Counted from the first letter of the stretch, positions 15,039-30,151 are shown. The stretch is DNA of 64,000 nucleotides from Antedon mediterranea (GCF_964355755.1 NC_092679.1:7160201-7224200); one strand, 5' to 3'. A program made the numbers and translations. Notes: generated by a model from the letters alone, not told the origin.

Positions 15039-16493
15039 GTTTAAGCAGAGAGTTTCATGTTTTAAGACACCTTTTGCTGTATGTAACACAGCATTTACGA
15101 CACCTGTTCGGTACACCGTTAATTCGTTAACAATGTTTGAAAAGTACTTAAACATGGGAATTAATTAAGTTATTTTGAGTAAAATTCACCTCTAATCGAG
15201 TGACAATAGAAGAACAAAACGGAGTGGTCTAAATCCACTAATTGTGTGAAAAGTTAAGAGTGCTAATATGACGATATTTATACGTGTTTGTGCATAATAT
15301 GGAAGGAAGAGTGGAGATAATCTTCTATGTTAGATAATGAACATCGTGGCATAGGAATTCAATTCAGGTGTTTACAACAGAAAGCTAAAAATATCCCATC
15401 AGATTCTCAATCATTTTTAGTTTTAAATGTCTGAATAGGCCTATAGAGTGGTGAAACAATTTAAAATCATATTTATTTAACATGAAACTCGTTTTATAAT
15501 TTAGTGAGATCTATTAAATTAATACGGTACAATTAAATAATATTTTTCTTGAAAGAAAATATAAAATTCGTTTATTACATAACACAAATGCAATCATGTC
15601 ATGAACAACAGTTTTACTGTAATAGCGAATTTATTTCCATTTATACTGCGAAAAAAAGAGTTTTTATTTTATTTTTTTAATTTAGAACGGTGGTATGATA
15701 ATATCAACAGTAAAAGTAAAGTAATATAAAATGTTAAAATTTAAATCTTTCCAATTTGAATGTAGCCACAGTAAGTTAGTTTTTTAATTTATAATACATT
15801 TATACCGGTAGCCTTATTTTGAACGGTCGTATAAATGTAACGAAATGTAAAAATATATGGTTTTCAGTCTCGTGTTCAAAAGCCAATATTTAATAAACAA
15901 CTTTAATACACCAATTAATATAGCCTAATTCATGTATTGTATACACAAATTGATGTGATCATTTGGTTGGCTAAGCAAATTGAAAATCACCGCAAATATC
16001 ACCGACATATCTCTTCTATTTTTCCTGTTGCTTTTTGCGGTGTCGTTTGGGGGTTTTCGGTGCCGCTAATTCTTATTATACTACAACAAGATAAGTAAGT
16101 TTAAAACACAGTGACGGACACCTTTAAAAAAGTGACGCGGACACAATACACGCATTGTAATTGGGTGTTGTATGATAAAGGAGACGTAATTGACGAATGA
16201 GATGGCTCGGTCGGTTGACGTAGCTACAATAGGCGGGGGAGGGACTAATTAATTGCCGGTTATTTACTTACGGGGTCACTTAACAGCGATCATTTGACTG
16301 CAAGTTGTGAGTACACAACGGATTCAAAACGTACTTTGCTCACTATACATAAAACCTGAGTTTGAAAAACTGTTTGGTGTGTAATCATAGAAGTGGCTGC
16401 TTGTGTACAAAGACGAGAAATTCACTTGAATATTGAGTGTTGGGCATCCCCAGGCAAATAGTCAACAACCAGGCCAGGACGACAGAAACAAGT

Positions 16494-17699
16494 ATGATTT
16501 CACCAAAGCCAGGATATCCAAGTGCGTCGCCCGTGAATATGAACAGTATGGGGCATATGAATGCGATGGGAGGCATGAACACTTATGCTAGCAGTACCGG
16601 TCCTCATTCCACAGGAATGGGATCTATGACGATGTCAATGTCCCCCATGAATACCATGGGTACGATGCAAGGAAACATTAATGGAATGACTCCACATGGA
16701 ATGGGAATGAATGCCATGAATACGATGACATCAATGCAGGCGATGAACATGACACAGATGAATCCGATGAACAATTCAATGAGTATGCGTCTTGCACAAG
16801 CGCAGGCGGCAGATCTCAATCGTGCACGCGCCGAAAAAACATACAGACGATCGTACACGCACGCTAAACCACCTTATTCGTACATCTCTCTCATCACGAT
16901 GGCTATCCAGCAATCGCCGCAAAAGATGGTAACATTGAGCGACATTTACCAATTTATTATGGATCTCTTTCCATTCTACCGCCAGAATCAACAAAGATGG
17001 CAAAATTCAATCCGCCATAGTCTTTCTTTCAATGACTGTTTTTTAAAAGTTCCTAGAACACCCGACCGTCCCGGAAAAGGAAGTTTTTGGACACTGCATC
17101 CAGACGCTGGAAACATGTTTGAAAACGGGTGTTACCTTCGCCGTCAGAAGCGTTTCAAATGTATCAAAAAAGAACACAGACAACCAAAGTCATCGTCAAA
17201 CGGAGAAGATATCGCAAATTCTGAAGGTAGCAGGCTTACAGATTCCGTAAGTACCACGACATCACCAACACATCACTTAGATTCAAACAGCGACCCTAAC
17301 ATGCATTCACCTCAGCAGCACCAACAGCAACAGGTCCAACAATTACCAAAAGAGGAACCAGTACAATCGATGACGCCTAATCATATGAACATGCCTTCAA
17401 ACCGTCCACTAGGCCCAAGTCAGATGCCAGCCATGCATTTACCAATGCACCACCCGATGCACTCTGTCATGGGACAGCACCCGTCTTTTACCCATCCATT
17501 CTCTATTAACAGTATCATATCACCTGAACAAAAATACGACGTGAAAGGATACGAAGTTTTGGGGTATCCGTATAATGCTATGGCTGGCATGACAGGATCT
17601 GTACAGATGGCTAAAGCTACTATGGACTATTCCGCGCCAAATGATGTTACATACAGCCAACTCACTACAGCCCAGGCTAACCATCATCAACAAATATAA
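16494..17699 (+). CDS. foxA: Forkhead box transcription factor FoxA (HNF3/fork head), single coding exon, ~401 aa
   Basis: Contains the FoxA-specific forkhead domain [25 protein letters not shown]...[14 protein letters not shown]...[18 protein letters not shown], a Met-rich N-terminal region and the C-terminal EH1-like HPFSINSII motif. The first ATG is at 16494; the ORF-track start at 16437 is a GTG. Confidence 0.97.
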   Translation: MISPKPGYPSASPVNMNSMGHMNAMGGMNTYASSTGPHSTGMGSMTMSMSPMNTMGTMQGNINGMTPHGMGMNAMNTMTSMQAMNMTQMNPMNNSMSMRLAQAQAADLNRARAEKTYRRSYTHAKPPYSYISLITMAIQQSPQKMVTLSDIYQFIMDLFPFYRQNQQRWQNSIRHSLSFNDCFLKVPRTPDRPGKGSFWTLHPDAGNMFENGCYLRRQKRFKCIKKEHRQPKSSSNGEDIANSEGSRLTDSVSTTTSPTHHLDSNSDPNMHSPQQHQQQQVQQLPKEEPVQSMTPNHMNMPSNRPLGPSQMPAMHLPMHHPMHSVMGQHPSFTHPFSINSIISPEQKYDVKGYEVLGYPYNAMAGMTGSVQMAKATMDYSAPNDVTYSQLTTAQANHHQQI

Positions 17700-18551
17700 A
17701 CTGTAGAATTTTTATTGAACATTTTATGTAAAAATGGTGCTAATTGTGATTTTATTCGCCGTTGGTTACCAAATTGTTACCTTGACAATCATTTGTTTAT
17801 TTGTATGAGCGGTTATCTATACAACTTCAGTTGGTAAGCAAAAAGCTCGTGTTTTGTGAATTTTATAAAACGAAGTTGTTCCCTAAAACCCAAAGAAAGC
17901 GAGCTAAAGCTAATGCCAAAGACTTTAAATTTACTTGCATTTAGCTGTGGGGTTTCTTTATATGTGCCAAAGATATTATTTACTTCTAAAACTTAGCTAA
18001 AACTTCAGAAACTCACAAAACTAAATCTTTAGGTAAACACGTCCGAACTCGGTTTTATCGAGTTAGTTTTAGTAAGAATGTTAAATTTAGTAAATTGTAA
18101 AAATATCCGTGTAGAACTTTTTTACTTTTAGTAATCAATTTGTATATGTGCTGCAGAGAATGTTCACTGCTACCTATAGATTTTAACTCGCATAATTGTT
18201 TGCAATATTGAAGATAAATATTAATGAAGTTGTTGAACTTTATTTTTTAGATTTCATTTTAGATGGTATACTTTTGGGAAACATTCCAGTCAATACTTTT
18301 AGTAATTTTGAATCGTAAGTGTGTCTTTTAGACTGATGTAAAATAGTGCCAAAACAAATCACTTGTTGTCATATACCTTGATTTAAATGTGTCTCTCGAA
18401 CCTTGACATCCCATCATTATTCATGATTGTTATCTGTTGATTATTACCATTGTTTATTTAAATCAATTTCTGAATGAATTTCTTGCTGAATTAGTTTAAG
18501 ATAAATAATTATTGATTATTTTAAATAGATCATGCCATTCTTATGAATAAA
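17700..18551 (+). promoter_or_regulatory. Putative foxA 3' UTR with polyadenylation signal and miRNA seed matches
   Basis: AATAAA at ~18546-18551 is followed by U/GU-rich sequence. Seed matches: TGGTGCTA at 17735, GTGCCAAA at 17964 and 18346, TGCCAAA at 17914. Confidence 0.45.
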
Positions 18552-21500
18552 AGACAAAAAATCTTTCAAAAAAATGTTTATTTTGTGTCTTTAAAAGTCT
18601 TTTTTTTTTTTTTATTGATTGATCTGATTACAGCACAAAGATTGTTTCTCAACCAGTTTTATCGACGCTTCGAAATTTGTATATAAAAAAGTGATAAACT
18701 CATTACTTCCTGTTTGTAACCGGCAGTGTGGACATGTCTAATGTTCCGAACTATTTGATTACTGTACTTTATTGTTAAAAAACAAACTTCGAAAACAAAA
18801 TTGGCAAACCTTTGCTTCATTAATATAATGTGACTTGCTTCACTTCTTAAATGCCGAAACAGACGACAATATAAAACAGACGATGATATTTAACAAACTA
18901 TGAAAAAGTGGGGCAAGGCATTATAATTGAAAATATTTCAAACTGTATTTGTTATTTTTTGTGTTCATATAGAAATATAATATTCTAATATTTAATATAT
19001 ATTTAAATATATGACTTAATAAGATAATCAATCGACCAATCCTTTTTATACGAACTTTTTATATCTTTTAAATATCAAACCGTATCATAATTTCTCTTAT
19101 CCAAATTGATATTAAATGGTAGTTTGAATATTCTTGTCTGTTCTCGATTGAATTGCGCGCAAAAATATCAGGTCAACAAGTACATCAGACTTTGGCAAAT
19201 TATTCATAGAATAATTGCAAATATTTATTTACGCGATTGAGACAGTGAGCGACCACGAAGAACGAACAAACAATAATAATATTTCTTTTCAAATAACTGT
19301 TTACAAATTTGAAACATAAAAAAACAAATTTAATTACAAAATACTGTATATTCGTGAATTATTGGTTATTATTACTATTACACTTCATTTTTAATTGAAA
19401 AAAAACACCTAATATTATATTATGTATATTGTTGTTCTATTACTGTTTATCATTTACCTGTCTGTATGATAATAAAAGTAAGCTAGCCCTAAAAAATAAA
19501 TGGTTACCGGTACTTTCCTGAATTGTCATTTCTTTTCTTTCTTATTTTTTTACGGTACCACATTATAATACAAATTTGTATACTCTCTTACTATTTTCAT
19601 TACTTTATTATGCAAACATTAAAATGCTTTATCAAGTGATTTATTTTAAGTAGGTGTGCTAACTTTTATAAGTTACCTATTAAATACCGGAAGAGGACAT
19701 TATATACCGTGGTCATCGTGAGATTATCGATAAAGGTCGATCAAGTTGATAACATTAGATAAATGCGACCTCAGTTTATGATAAAACTCAAAATGAATAA
19801 TTATTTTGGCATTTTGATGATTGCAAAGTTGGTCCTGTATCGTTGACCTTGTCGAATCAAAGACATTTTACATGATTAATGTATTTATTATTGGTTATCA
19901 ATAATTTAAACATTTAAAATGAAATCGCATGATAGTGTTAGGCATATTTGCTATTAAGGCCTAAACAGTTTCAAAATATGTAGGCGTGCGAGGCTTGTTT
20001 GAAACGCTTTAAAAATAAAATAATAAAAGAACATAGGCCTAATCAACTATATGTCTAATAATATAATTTAATTATTTAACTTATCTAAAATAACATTTTA
20101 TAGTAGTTTTAGATTGTTTAGGAATGTGTTGATGGTAGGCTTAGGTCTATATTTCTGTTATTTTTCCGAAATTCGTCAACCGATAATCATTAAGGTAAGG
20201 TTACCGAAACAAGTCAGTGTTGAATGATCGCAGGTCATCATGACACAGAATAACAAATATCAACGAATGCATTCACACAAAATTCTTTAAATTGTTCTTG
20301 TTGCTGCAAACAGTTTTTTAAATTTTTTTTAAATTTCAAAAGTCCCTTAAAGATTGTATTTCAAATATCTAATACATATAATATATACCATATGTGTAAT
20401 ACACGTATAGGCCTCTATTTAAAACATGTTAAAAAATTTAGTTATCATGATAATATAAAATATTATTCTATGATAAAATGTATAATATTTTTTATTTTGC
20501 AGTCAATTTAGAATAATACAATTATAATATATTTTAATTTATGATTTGTTATAACCAGCGTAACGAAACCGAGAAAACCGAACGTTGTTTTAAGTTCATT
20601 TTGTTAACATGATATGTAGAATTCATTACAAATTAATTGAATCCAATTCGAAACAACAAAATAATTATTTTTTAGACCTATTTTATTTTTTAATTAGCGC
20701 TATTAGAGGCCTATTTTATAACTAACGATATAGGAACTCGCCATGAGTCTGAAATACACGCGTATAGGCCTAGACAGAAGAAAAGAAAATGGAAGAGTAA
20801 AGTCACACAGATAGATTATCATTACATTATAAAATGGCCGATTAGAAAATGTGTTAATCTATTATATATTGATCTATTAATATACTTTAAATGATTGTCA
20901 CATATTTGTAAATATTTTATTCCAAATGTAAATAGACGACCCTAAAACGAATTACATCTGCGTTTATTCGTCGCCAAAATCAACAACATGCGATACTTTT
21001 GTATACTGACAAACATTTACAGATAAACAAGTATCTCAATCTCAAATTGCTCGGCTCTTCTTTGCTGAGAGTCAACAAATATAACGAAAATCAAATCTTA
21101 TATATCAAAAGCAACATTCATTTACATTGGAGGAGATGTTAAATATTAGTTCATATACTTGTTTGTAATTCGGTCTCAACGGATACAGTTCTTAGCACAA
21201 AGTACAAGTGAAACAGTCCAACTGTAAATATTCACAAAGGACACACGCAATTTACAACCAACTCTCTCGGATTATACTTCCATTTTATTTGGATGATTAG
21301 TAGACTTATTTTTATACCATTTATACATTATATTATTTAAGGTATGTATATTTTATTGTAGTAATTGCTATCACCCGAATTAGTGCTTGAGCATGGTGTA
21401 GGCATGTCTGAAAATATCCCAGTGTCAAATTAAGTTTAAACTTGAGTAGCCTACCGTAGATCAAAACATTTGTAGGCCTATATACAAATGCTGAATTTAG

Positions 21501-24500
21501 TCAAACAATTATTAATAGTAATGTGAATTTGAGAATAACATTTAACTATATGTTGTTGATTAAATCAATAGTATTATTTATAAACCCTGTTTTAAAATAA
21601 TATATTATTCGTTGTGTCTGACCGGTTAGTACTGTAAATACCGTACTGTTGGTGAATAGGCCTATGTTGTTTCTTGCAAACTTCAATCAATCATAATAAC
21701 GATAACCAAATAATGTATAGTACAGTGATTTATACACACAAAAAACTATAATGTAATATTAATAAAATAATATAGAATAGTGATTATAAGTGTAGCTGAT
21801 TAACAATGAAAAATAACACTTGACTTTTAATAGTAATTAGAAAAAAAAATGAAGTACAGAAGTTGAATAATAAAATACTGAATAAATATACAATGTTTCA
21901 TTAGGTCTAAGAATGGAGGTATATATCAATTAATTAAATTAATAATAATTAAAATAAATCATACCTTCATAGTCTAAACTATAGGCCTAAGTAATATTTT
22001 GTGCATCATGTGTAGCTAGTTGTAATAAGCAATGTAATAATAAACAATCAATGGAATATAGAAATAAAAATACCAGTGACCAGGTTTCAAAATATTATTT
22101 TTCATATTGTATACAATTCGAATTCAGTCTACATAATAGTTAATAGTATTTATTATCCTGTAAGATAAAATGAACATTAAGTTGAAGGCATGTTGATAGA
22201 AGGACCTGAAATAATAGGCCGAATACATCGCCATAAAGTTTTGTTTGATACCGTATCATGCATTTCACCTACATATTGATACCATGTGCCATGTTCACAC
22301 GACTATGTCCAAATACCAAGAAACATTAATATGTTTTTAAAGAGAAATTATAACAAATACGAATCAAAGGCATATTAATATGTATTTATAGAAGTTGTAA
22401 CGAAAATAATTAAATGATCTTATAATATCTATTTTTTATAACGGTAATTAATTACTGCTGTTACCACCTACAAAATACGTAGATAAAAATGACTTTAAGT
22501 TGGGTTTTATTTTTCAATTGTTTTCTTTGTAAAAAAAAATACCTTATAAATTATGGATTTTATATTATGAATTGTTGGTAAATTAAGACGCCTTATACGA
22601 TATATTATAATATATAATTAATAATATAAATAAATAAGGCTAATGATTTGTCATTGAAATATTAAAAATAAAGGATAATGATAAATATTTTAATAGTGCA
22701 ATTTTTATAAGAAACAATATTGTAGAAGCCTATTTAAATGAACATTATCATAAATAACTATAAGCTTATACTAATAATTCACTTTGCTGCTTTACACCTA
22801 AATATAGTGTTTGCCTTTAAGCAGTAGATTTTCTATTATTTTATACAAGTTATACTATTTTCCAAAATATAATTAAACGGCTGGATAATTGTTATTATTG
22901 CAACACCTGGTACTTTTGTTTGCCATCTATTCTTAGCGTTTAAATAGATACGGACGCCACAAGCAAAACACAGCCGAATACAAATGAAACTAGCCTCTTC
23001 CCCGAGGGCCTCAATTCAGACTAGAACACCGCAATATGTAGCGGATAATTCTACCGTTTAACTCAACAATTATATATCTAAATAACATAATAATGTGATC
23101 GAAAGATAGCTAAATAGTTTTAATGTTAGAAAGCGTTTAAAATTGGTAAAATATTGCAGATATTCTAGTTAGATTTGTAGTTTGTTTGTGTGTAGTGCAA
23201 TGTGCCTTCTTGAATAAACACACTTTCTGTGTGATTACATTTTTGTGTGTTTAACTGCTCTGTACACAGACATAGTGCGTTTTCTAGCGTTCTATTTCTA
23301 GTCAGTACGTGGCTGAAAGACACACAAGGAACATCATATTAGATTCACAATGTTTAAAAACATGTAAAACATCTTAATTTAACGTATTTGGTAAGTACAT
23401 TGCTTTTATTATCGCTCGCGCGTCACAAAGTAACCATTTCGTTAACGTTTGGTTTTGTTTTCAAATCGACGCATGTCGTATTCGGCTTCCATTTTGTCGT
23501 TATTAATCACTAAATTACTGACTAAATACAAAGGAATTATGTTTTATATTGAAATATAATTTATGTATTTTATTTTAAACTGTATGAGCGTTTAGTCATG
23601 TGTTAAAATACAAACTAGCTAAAATTGTAAAGAGGGCCAGTAAAATCATCGGAATTAGCCTCTAAAATTCTTAAAGCTTAGCCAAACTGGTAGACTGATA
23701 TCAATTTGAAACAAAACAATAAATGCTGCCGACAATCATTTATTTATAATTCAATTCGTATTTAATAGCAAGTTGCTCAAAACTATTTAAAATTACTGGT
23801 TACGACGCTTTTTTTTATTCAACCAACCAAATTTCACTTGTGCTTGTTGTTAAAATGACAATAAATAATATTGTATCGTATCTGTATTGGTTATGAAACA
23901 GCACGTTATAAATTCGTAACCTCGTCATGATGTCATAGAATACACACATTAGGTACTGGTTTTAAGAGCACCCTTTTAGACAATTTATTATTTGATAACT
24001 TCAATATGCCTACAGAAAACAATGCTGTTTCTCTTTCAATGAACTATCAACTATGGCCAGTCCTATGTTTCTTGGTTATGGTATGTAAAATATAAGCCTA
24101 AACGGTGTAATAAAAAAAATATACACTTTTTTATTTTACCTAAAACAATTAATTAATAATTTCATTGAATTATTTAATAATATCTGTTATATTTACGGTA
24201 CTATCTTAAAAAAGAAATTAATATGGCGGCAATAGGAGGTAATTGCTATAGTCTCTTTAAAGAAAAACAACAAACAATTAGTATAAGACAAACAAGTTGT
24301 TTCTTTATGAAACACTGTAGTAGGTCCATGCAAACACATTTTGTAAATAAATGCAGAAATTGCCTATTAGGCCCTACGTGTATAGCTTGATCATGCCAAC
24401 ATAGCAAATCGTCAAATGCGATCGGCTACGTCAACTCGTGAACCGCCTTTAATAAACTGCGTAATATGAAAATGTTTTGATATTAGGCCTATTTACTACC

Positions 24501-24963
24501 GGAACTTTAGAGAAGTCGGTGTCGGCGCGGGTAATACTATAAAATATTAAATAACTATATCCAAAACTTCAATAGGCATGCTCAGTATCAGTTCATTTAA
24601 GGTGAAACCAGCTGCAAATGTTCATAACAAGTTACATAAAAATCTACTTGAGAAGTCATAACCTATTGTGCAAACATTTCGAACTACTAACACCAGCAAT
24701 TGAAATGTTTTATTTTATTTATTACACGAGTTATTGCATTAGTTATATTCTGGCAGTATAAGTGGCGTTAAATTACAGACTAAAAGATTGTTATCGCGTG
24801 TGTGACAAAGAAGTTAAACCTAAACGATACTCAAGCGAATAAACTCAACATAAAGGAACACATGTTAATAATATCTCTGTGTTAATTATCTATTTGGTAT
24901 ATTTAGGAAAAATACGTGTGAATATTCTTTAGACTTTAAATTAATTAGAGTCTAATAATAACA

Positions 24964-25186
24964 ATGAAGGAAACTAACAGGAAAGTAAAACGACCCGTAG
25001 GAAGACCAAGAAATAACTGGATGAATCAAATAAAGAAAGACTTACAAGGACTATTAGACACTAATAACTAACTAACACAATAACAAACCATCCTGCCATA
25101 AACAGAAAAAAATGGAAACAAATTGTGGAAAGCGTAATGTCGGAAGACGGAAAACGTTAACAACGTTAACGTTTAATAATAATAAT
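24964..25186 (+). mobile_element. RTE-clade LINE 3' end fragment
   Basis: Degenerate translation KRPVGRPRNNWMNQIKKDL...AINRKKWKQIV matches the RTE C-terminal KR..GRP...W...I..D...A.DR..W motif. It is followed by a (TAA)n tail. Confidence 0.7.
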
Positions 25187-25649
25187 CCTAAATGTGCGTG
25201 AAACGCGCCCCAGAAACGATCGGATAATATAGGTATGTGAGATCATACTTACGCCTAAATGTTGTTGGATGTTTTTGTCGTAAGCATTATTTAGCTTCGG
25301 CTTTCTGATTCTCAATATGTACCAAAATGACAAATTCACTTTGACCAAGGATCGGAAATAAATTTTACCTAAAATACTGTAATTTAAAGCAAAAATATAA
25401 AGTCTGTCGTCTGTCAGACAATGATCTTTAGTTAATTCTTTTTGCTGTGTCTTTATAAGTGAAATGATTATTTTTGATCGTTTTTTCCTACAGAAGTGGC
25501 TCTGACTTTATTATTAAAACTGCAAATGTGGAGGATATATACATCTTTAACAGAAAAAAAACCAAATACTGACATAGGCCTATTCCTAAATTTATTGTAA
25601 AATAGAAGTCATTAAATATTATAATAAAGTAATATATCGACGATATCGA

Positions 25650-25917
25650 CAAGTATTGGTCCTGATCAATGAAAAACAAGTCTTGGTCCTGATAAATGAA
25701 AAACAAGTCTTGGTCCTGATAAATGAAAAACAAATCTTGGTCCTGATAAATGAAAAACAAGTCTTGGTCCTGATAAATGAAAAACAAGTCTTGGTCCTGA
25801 TAAATGAAAAACAAATCTTGGTCCTGATAAATGAAAAACAAATCTTGGTCCTGATAAATGAAAAACAAATCTTGGTCCTGATAAATGAAAAACAAATCTT
25901 GGTCCTGATAAATGAAA
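25650..25917. repeat. 27-bp minisatellite, ~10 copies (TTGGTCCTGATAAATGAAAAACAA[A/G]TC)
   Basis: Directly visible head-to-tail tandem array with no spacers; it explains the repetitive ORFs on both strands. Confidence 0.95.
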
Positions 25918-28900
25918 GACACAGAATGTTGAGCTTCCAGTTGAATTACCCAATTTTCCATTTATTTGTTTCTTTTAATTAACAAATTTTATCAGATTAG
26001 ATGTGATTTGATGTTTTATTTTGGGAATCTCATTGCTTCACCATGTCTAGACCTTTTTAAAATCAACGAATTTTTAAATAGAAACCAAAAGAAATTTGTT
26101 CAAACCTCATTCCATATTTTTCCATATTGTTTTGGGTGGTGGTTTGACCTGTAATGACCCCTGTAACCCTTAACACAAAAACATGGAACAGGTTCTGTTA
26201 TGGGTATTGTTGTTCCGGTATTGTGAACCACAATTTCAAGACCTTATTAGAACAATCAAAAATCAAGAAGGTTATTAGCCAGCAGGCCGTCAGGTTATCG
26301 ATATTAGATTGACACCCTGATAAAAACAGTTTGTAACCGAATGTTACTGTACAGTCTGTTTGGTTCTTAATAATTATTCATTAGGTTATAGAGATACATC
26401 CAACGTGCACATATTTTAACGTAAGCATTACGTGCACGTTGCGTTTGCGCGGATCACATATTCATTCTTGTGTTGAGTTCAAATCTTGTTATTGTTTTTT
26501 AATTACAATATGTGACCCAAGGCAACATGAAAATGAAATGCAATAATAAAACAATGTGACAATTTAATAATAATAAAATATAACATTATGTTCAACTCCA
26601 TTTTTATTGCTTATATTAGTATTTCGTTGATATAGTACAGGCCTACTAATTATCAATAGAGATACTAGTTTCCAAGAAAGGAATATTCGGTGCTCTATGC
26701 CTACACATATTGCTCATACCTCATACATAGCAATATCCAAGTATGACAGACATAAATAAATAAATAATAGGCTGCAATATATTATTTGCTGCTACTCTAC
26801 TGTACGGTACAAACATAGACAGCACTAAACAACAAATTTGTTCTTCAGGTCATAATGGCGTAATCTTTTCTGTGCGCCTTTTCTAAAGTACACGTGCACA
26901 TTGCATTTGTTGTTCGGATAACTAAATGGTTAACGTGAAAAGTTTAAATCTAGTTTGTTTCATAGGGTTATAGTCTCCATAAACCTAAATTCATATTATT
27001 TATATTAAGGGTGTTTAGTTTAACCTTGCAAAATAATTTCATAAGCTATCCGTGTTATGCAATATCGTTCACCATCTATCTATCACCATTCAGCCGATTC
27101 TGAATATCAACCGGCTTCTTACTAAACAATATGGCGGCTATTGATTCAGTGTACCAATGGGCAATTGCTGACTCCTGTTCCAAAGTCCAGTTCTGTTGCA
27201 TGAATAAGCGATGGTTCAGTCATTTAACAAATTACGTATGTTTAGAAATATGTTATTAGCATTTTTCATTATACAATCACAGGTAGACTTTGACCCATGT
27301 CGAATAAAAAATAAGTCCGGTCTGAAAAGAAACAAAAAGACAACACAATGTAATGGTTATCTATATTGCTCAAGTATAAAAAGAATATTCTTTTTAAACG
27401 TACCGTTCTATATTTGCATTGTTTTTTGGAAAATAAAAAAGATTTTTTAAAATAGATAAAAGGAATATAAACAAGCATCCATAAGATGGCCGAATTATAA
27501 ATTATTTTAAAATTGCATAACATTATACAATTCTATAATATAATCAAACGATTAGGCGTACAAAATTAACAAAAATGACGAAGCCAGGCCCTCTTGTACA
27601 CTACGATATGTTTCTATTATTAAGTATTTAATTCTAAATAATATGAATTTAGCTTATAAGCCTAGACCATAATATTCATTCTTTTATTTATGATATTATA
27701 TCCATATAAAGAAAATTAAATTAACAAGAAAAACATATTATAATTAAAAACATAATGAAATATTCACGTAGCTATTCAAATGCAATATGAGACATAACCT
27801 ACGGACAAAGAAAACTATTTCGTTTTTTAAAGAATATGTTCAGAGAATCAAAAGACGTATATATACTCGGCGACATCTTCCCTTTGTTTGATTCGATGCG
27901 AAACAACGTAAATTGCTGACTTATATTATTTTGTTAAGCTACGAAATCGACGAAAAATCTCGAATTTAGATATATTAATTAATCTTATTAAATCCAATCT
28001 AAATGTACAGATTATATACTTGTTTATTAAATTATAAACTATTTTCATAAGAGTTTTAAAAACTGTATTTTCGTTCGATTTATATTCGGGTTGTACCGTA
28101 AGTAGATGGTGAGAGATGGATGGACTGAGTACATTATGTATTCAACGCATAATTTGAGCTTCTTAGCTCGCTTTGCATCTTATCTCTACTGGGAATTCGT
28201 GTCGAAAGATACAACAATGGCAAGTAGACAAGCTCTGCTGTAATGTAACGTATTACCGGTACAACACAGGGTTTACTGCTGCTATAACAAGGGAGGGGAC
28301 CCCTTCCTTTTTGGGGATTTAGAGGGCTATACCTGGTACCATACAAAATGATTGTTCGTTTTTATCTGTATTTTTACTCGAATCGAAATAGATCAAATCA
28401 AATTAAACCATTTAATTTAATTTCATTTTATAATCTTATACAATTTTCGTAGAATCGGAGCTAAAAATGGAAAGAGCTTTTGTTTAAATCAAGTTAAACT
28501 TGTGTATAAAAAAACAAATACAATAATATGAACAACACAACTGGGAACATTTAAGAAACAACATATTAAATGTCGATTTTCAAATAATCTTATAAAGGAA
28601 AAATGTATTCGTTCAACATTTACTAAAGGATGAAAACAATAATTGACAAAAATGAAAAAAAAACCAAAGGGCTTCCGCCTATAAGAAAATTTACAAAAGC
28701 TAATAAATACTGTATAAAAAAGATTTAAAAAAAAAAACAAATAAATTTAATTTAAACAAGAAAAATGGTTAACATTACCAAAGAATACACGTTATTTATT
28801 TTTACATTTAAAAAAACTGGAACTGTACAACATTGTCATTTTAAAATTAAATTAGGCTTATAATATTATAAAATGCAATATCAACATTTCCGTTAGGCCT

Positions 28901-30151
28901 ACAATAACAGTAAAGTACAGTATTTCACGCAAATATATTAGTACTAATTTAGAACAGCAACATAGAACATTAAAGGGTGAACGACCTATTCAATTTGAGA
29001 TAACGTTTAGACATTGGTCAACAAATAAACATTATACACAAAATAATGACGAAATGATGACGGAGAATTGTCGATATTAGGGATAATAAACATTGAAAAG
29101 AAATAATAATTCGTTAAATTGGATGTGATTATTCGTCGTAATTGACATAATTGCGATTGTTGTTTTGTTGCTGCTTATTGTTGTTATTTTTGTGTAATTT
29201 CCAGATTTGTTTTCAATTTAGGAAAGGGCTTAAGTCAAAAGTTAAGAAATATTTATTAATTTATGTAAAATGTGATTTTAAAGAAGTTTATTATGAATTA
29301 ACTTATTTCTTTATCTAAGATTTAAGTAATACAAATACAGTATGTTCGTACCGGCTGTTCTGACTTCAGCAAAAATATTTCACTTAATTAACAAGTTTTA
29401 AGTTTTTTTTCTAAGCAAAGTTAAAATTATTCAATACATGGGAGTTTTAAGTTTCTTCCGTTTAAGAAATTCCTCATTTAAACAAAAGAAATATAACAAG
29501 AAATAAAATCGGTAGAAATAAACAATCATAGGCCTACATACAATTTAAAATCGAAAGTAAAAATATGGATTATGTTACAAGAAATAAACATTTTAGATAG
29601 AAAATACATCTAAAAATTGACAAAAATTATGATTAGTATTACATCAATTGCGTGCTATCCTATAATGGTTTTAAATATGATACATACAAGAATATGACTA
29701 AGGCTGATTTGGATATTGAAATACGCTATCCGTCTTTATGTGCACTGCTGTAGGCCTACTGCACGTAATATTACAGACTCTAAACATCGTGTCTGAAATG
29801 TGCATTGGTAAACATGAGCTATTTATAAAAAAAAATTAGTATAGCTAAACTTGAATACCATAATTTTTACCGGTATCGAAAGCCACCAAAAGACAAACAA
29901 TAATACAGGACTTGTTAAAGTTAAAACGGATGTACATCTTTTTTTGCGAAGCCCGAGGGTATACGTAGATGCAAGGGTGTGGAGTAAAATGAATACCTAA
30001 TTATGAGTAGGGTCATTCGGGGTCATTAAGGGCTAAGGGTAAAACGTCATATTTGATTTTTAATTGGATATTTACATAATAAGTAAAAAGGAGGTAATAC
30101 AAAATGAATTGATAGAAAACCGCACTTGAAAAAAACCACCAGAATATATAG

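Noticed and set aside
16437-16493. 19-aa N-terminal extension of FoxA from a GTG start
   Set aside because: Artefact of alternative-start ORF calling. The first ATG at 16494 gives the expected MISPKP start, and there is no evidence for non-AUG initiation.
16385-17003. Antisense ORFs overlapping foxA
   Set aside because: Shadow frames of the Met-rich coding strand with no recognisable motifs.
25488-25982. Repetitive ORFs (FFIYQDQDL, VLINEKQ, FHLSGPR repeats) and a possible CRISPR-like array
   Set aside because: These are translations of a 27-bp tandem repeat with no unique spacers, no cas genes and a eukaryotic context.
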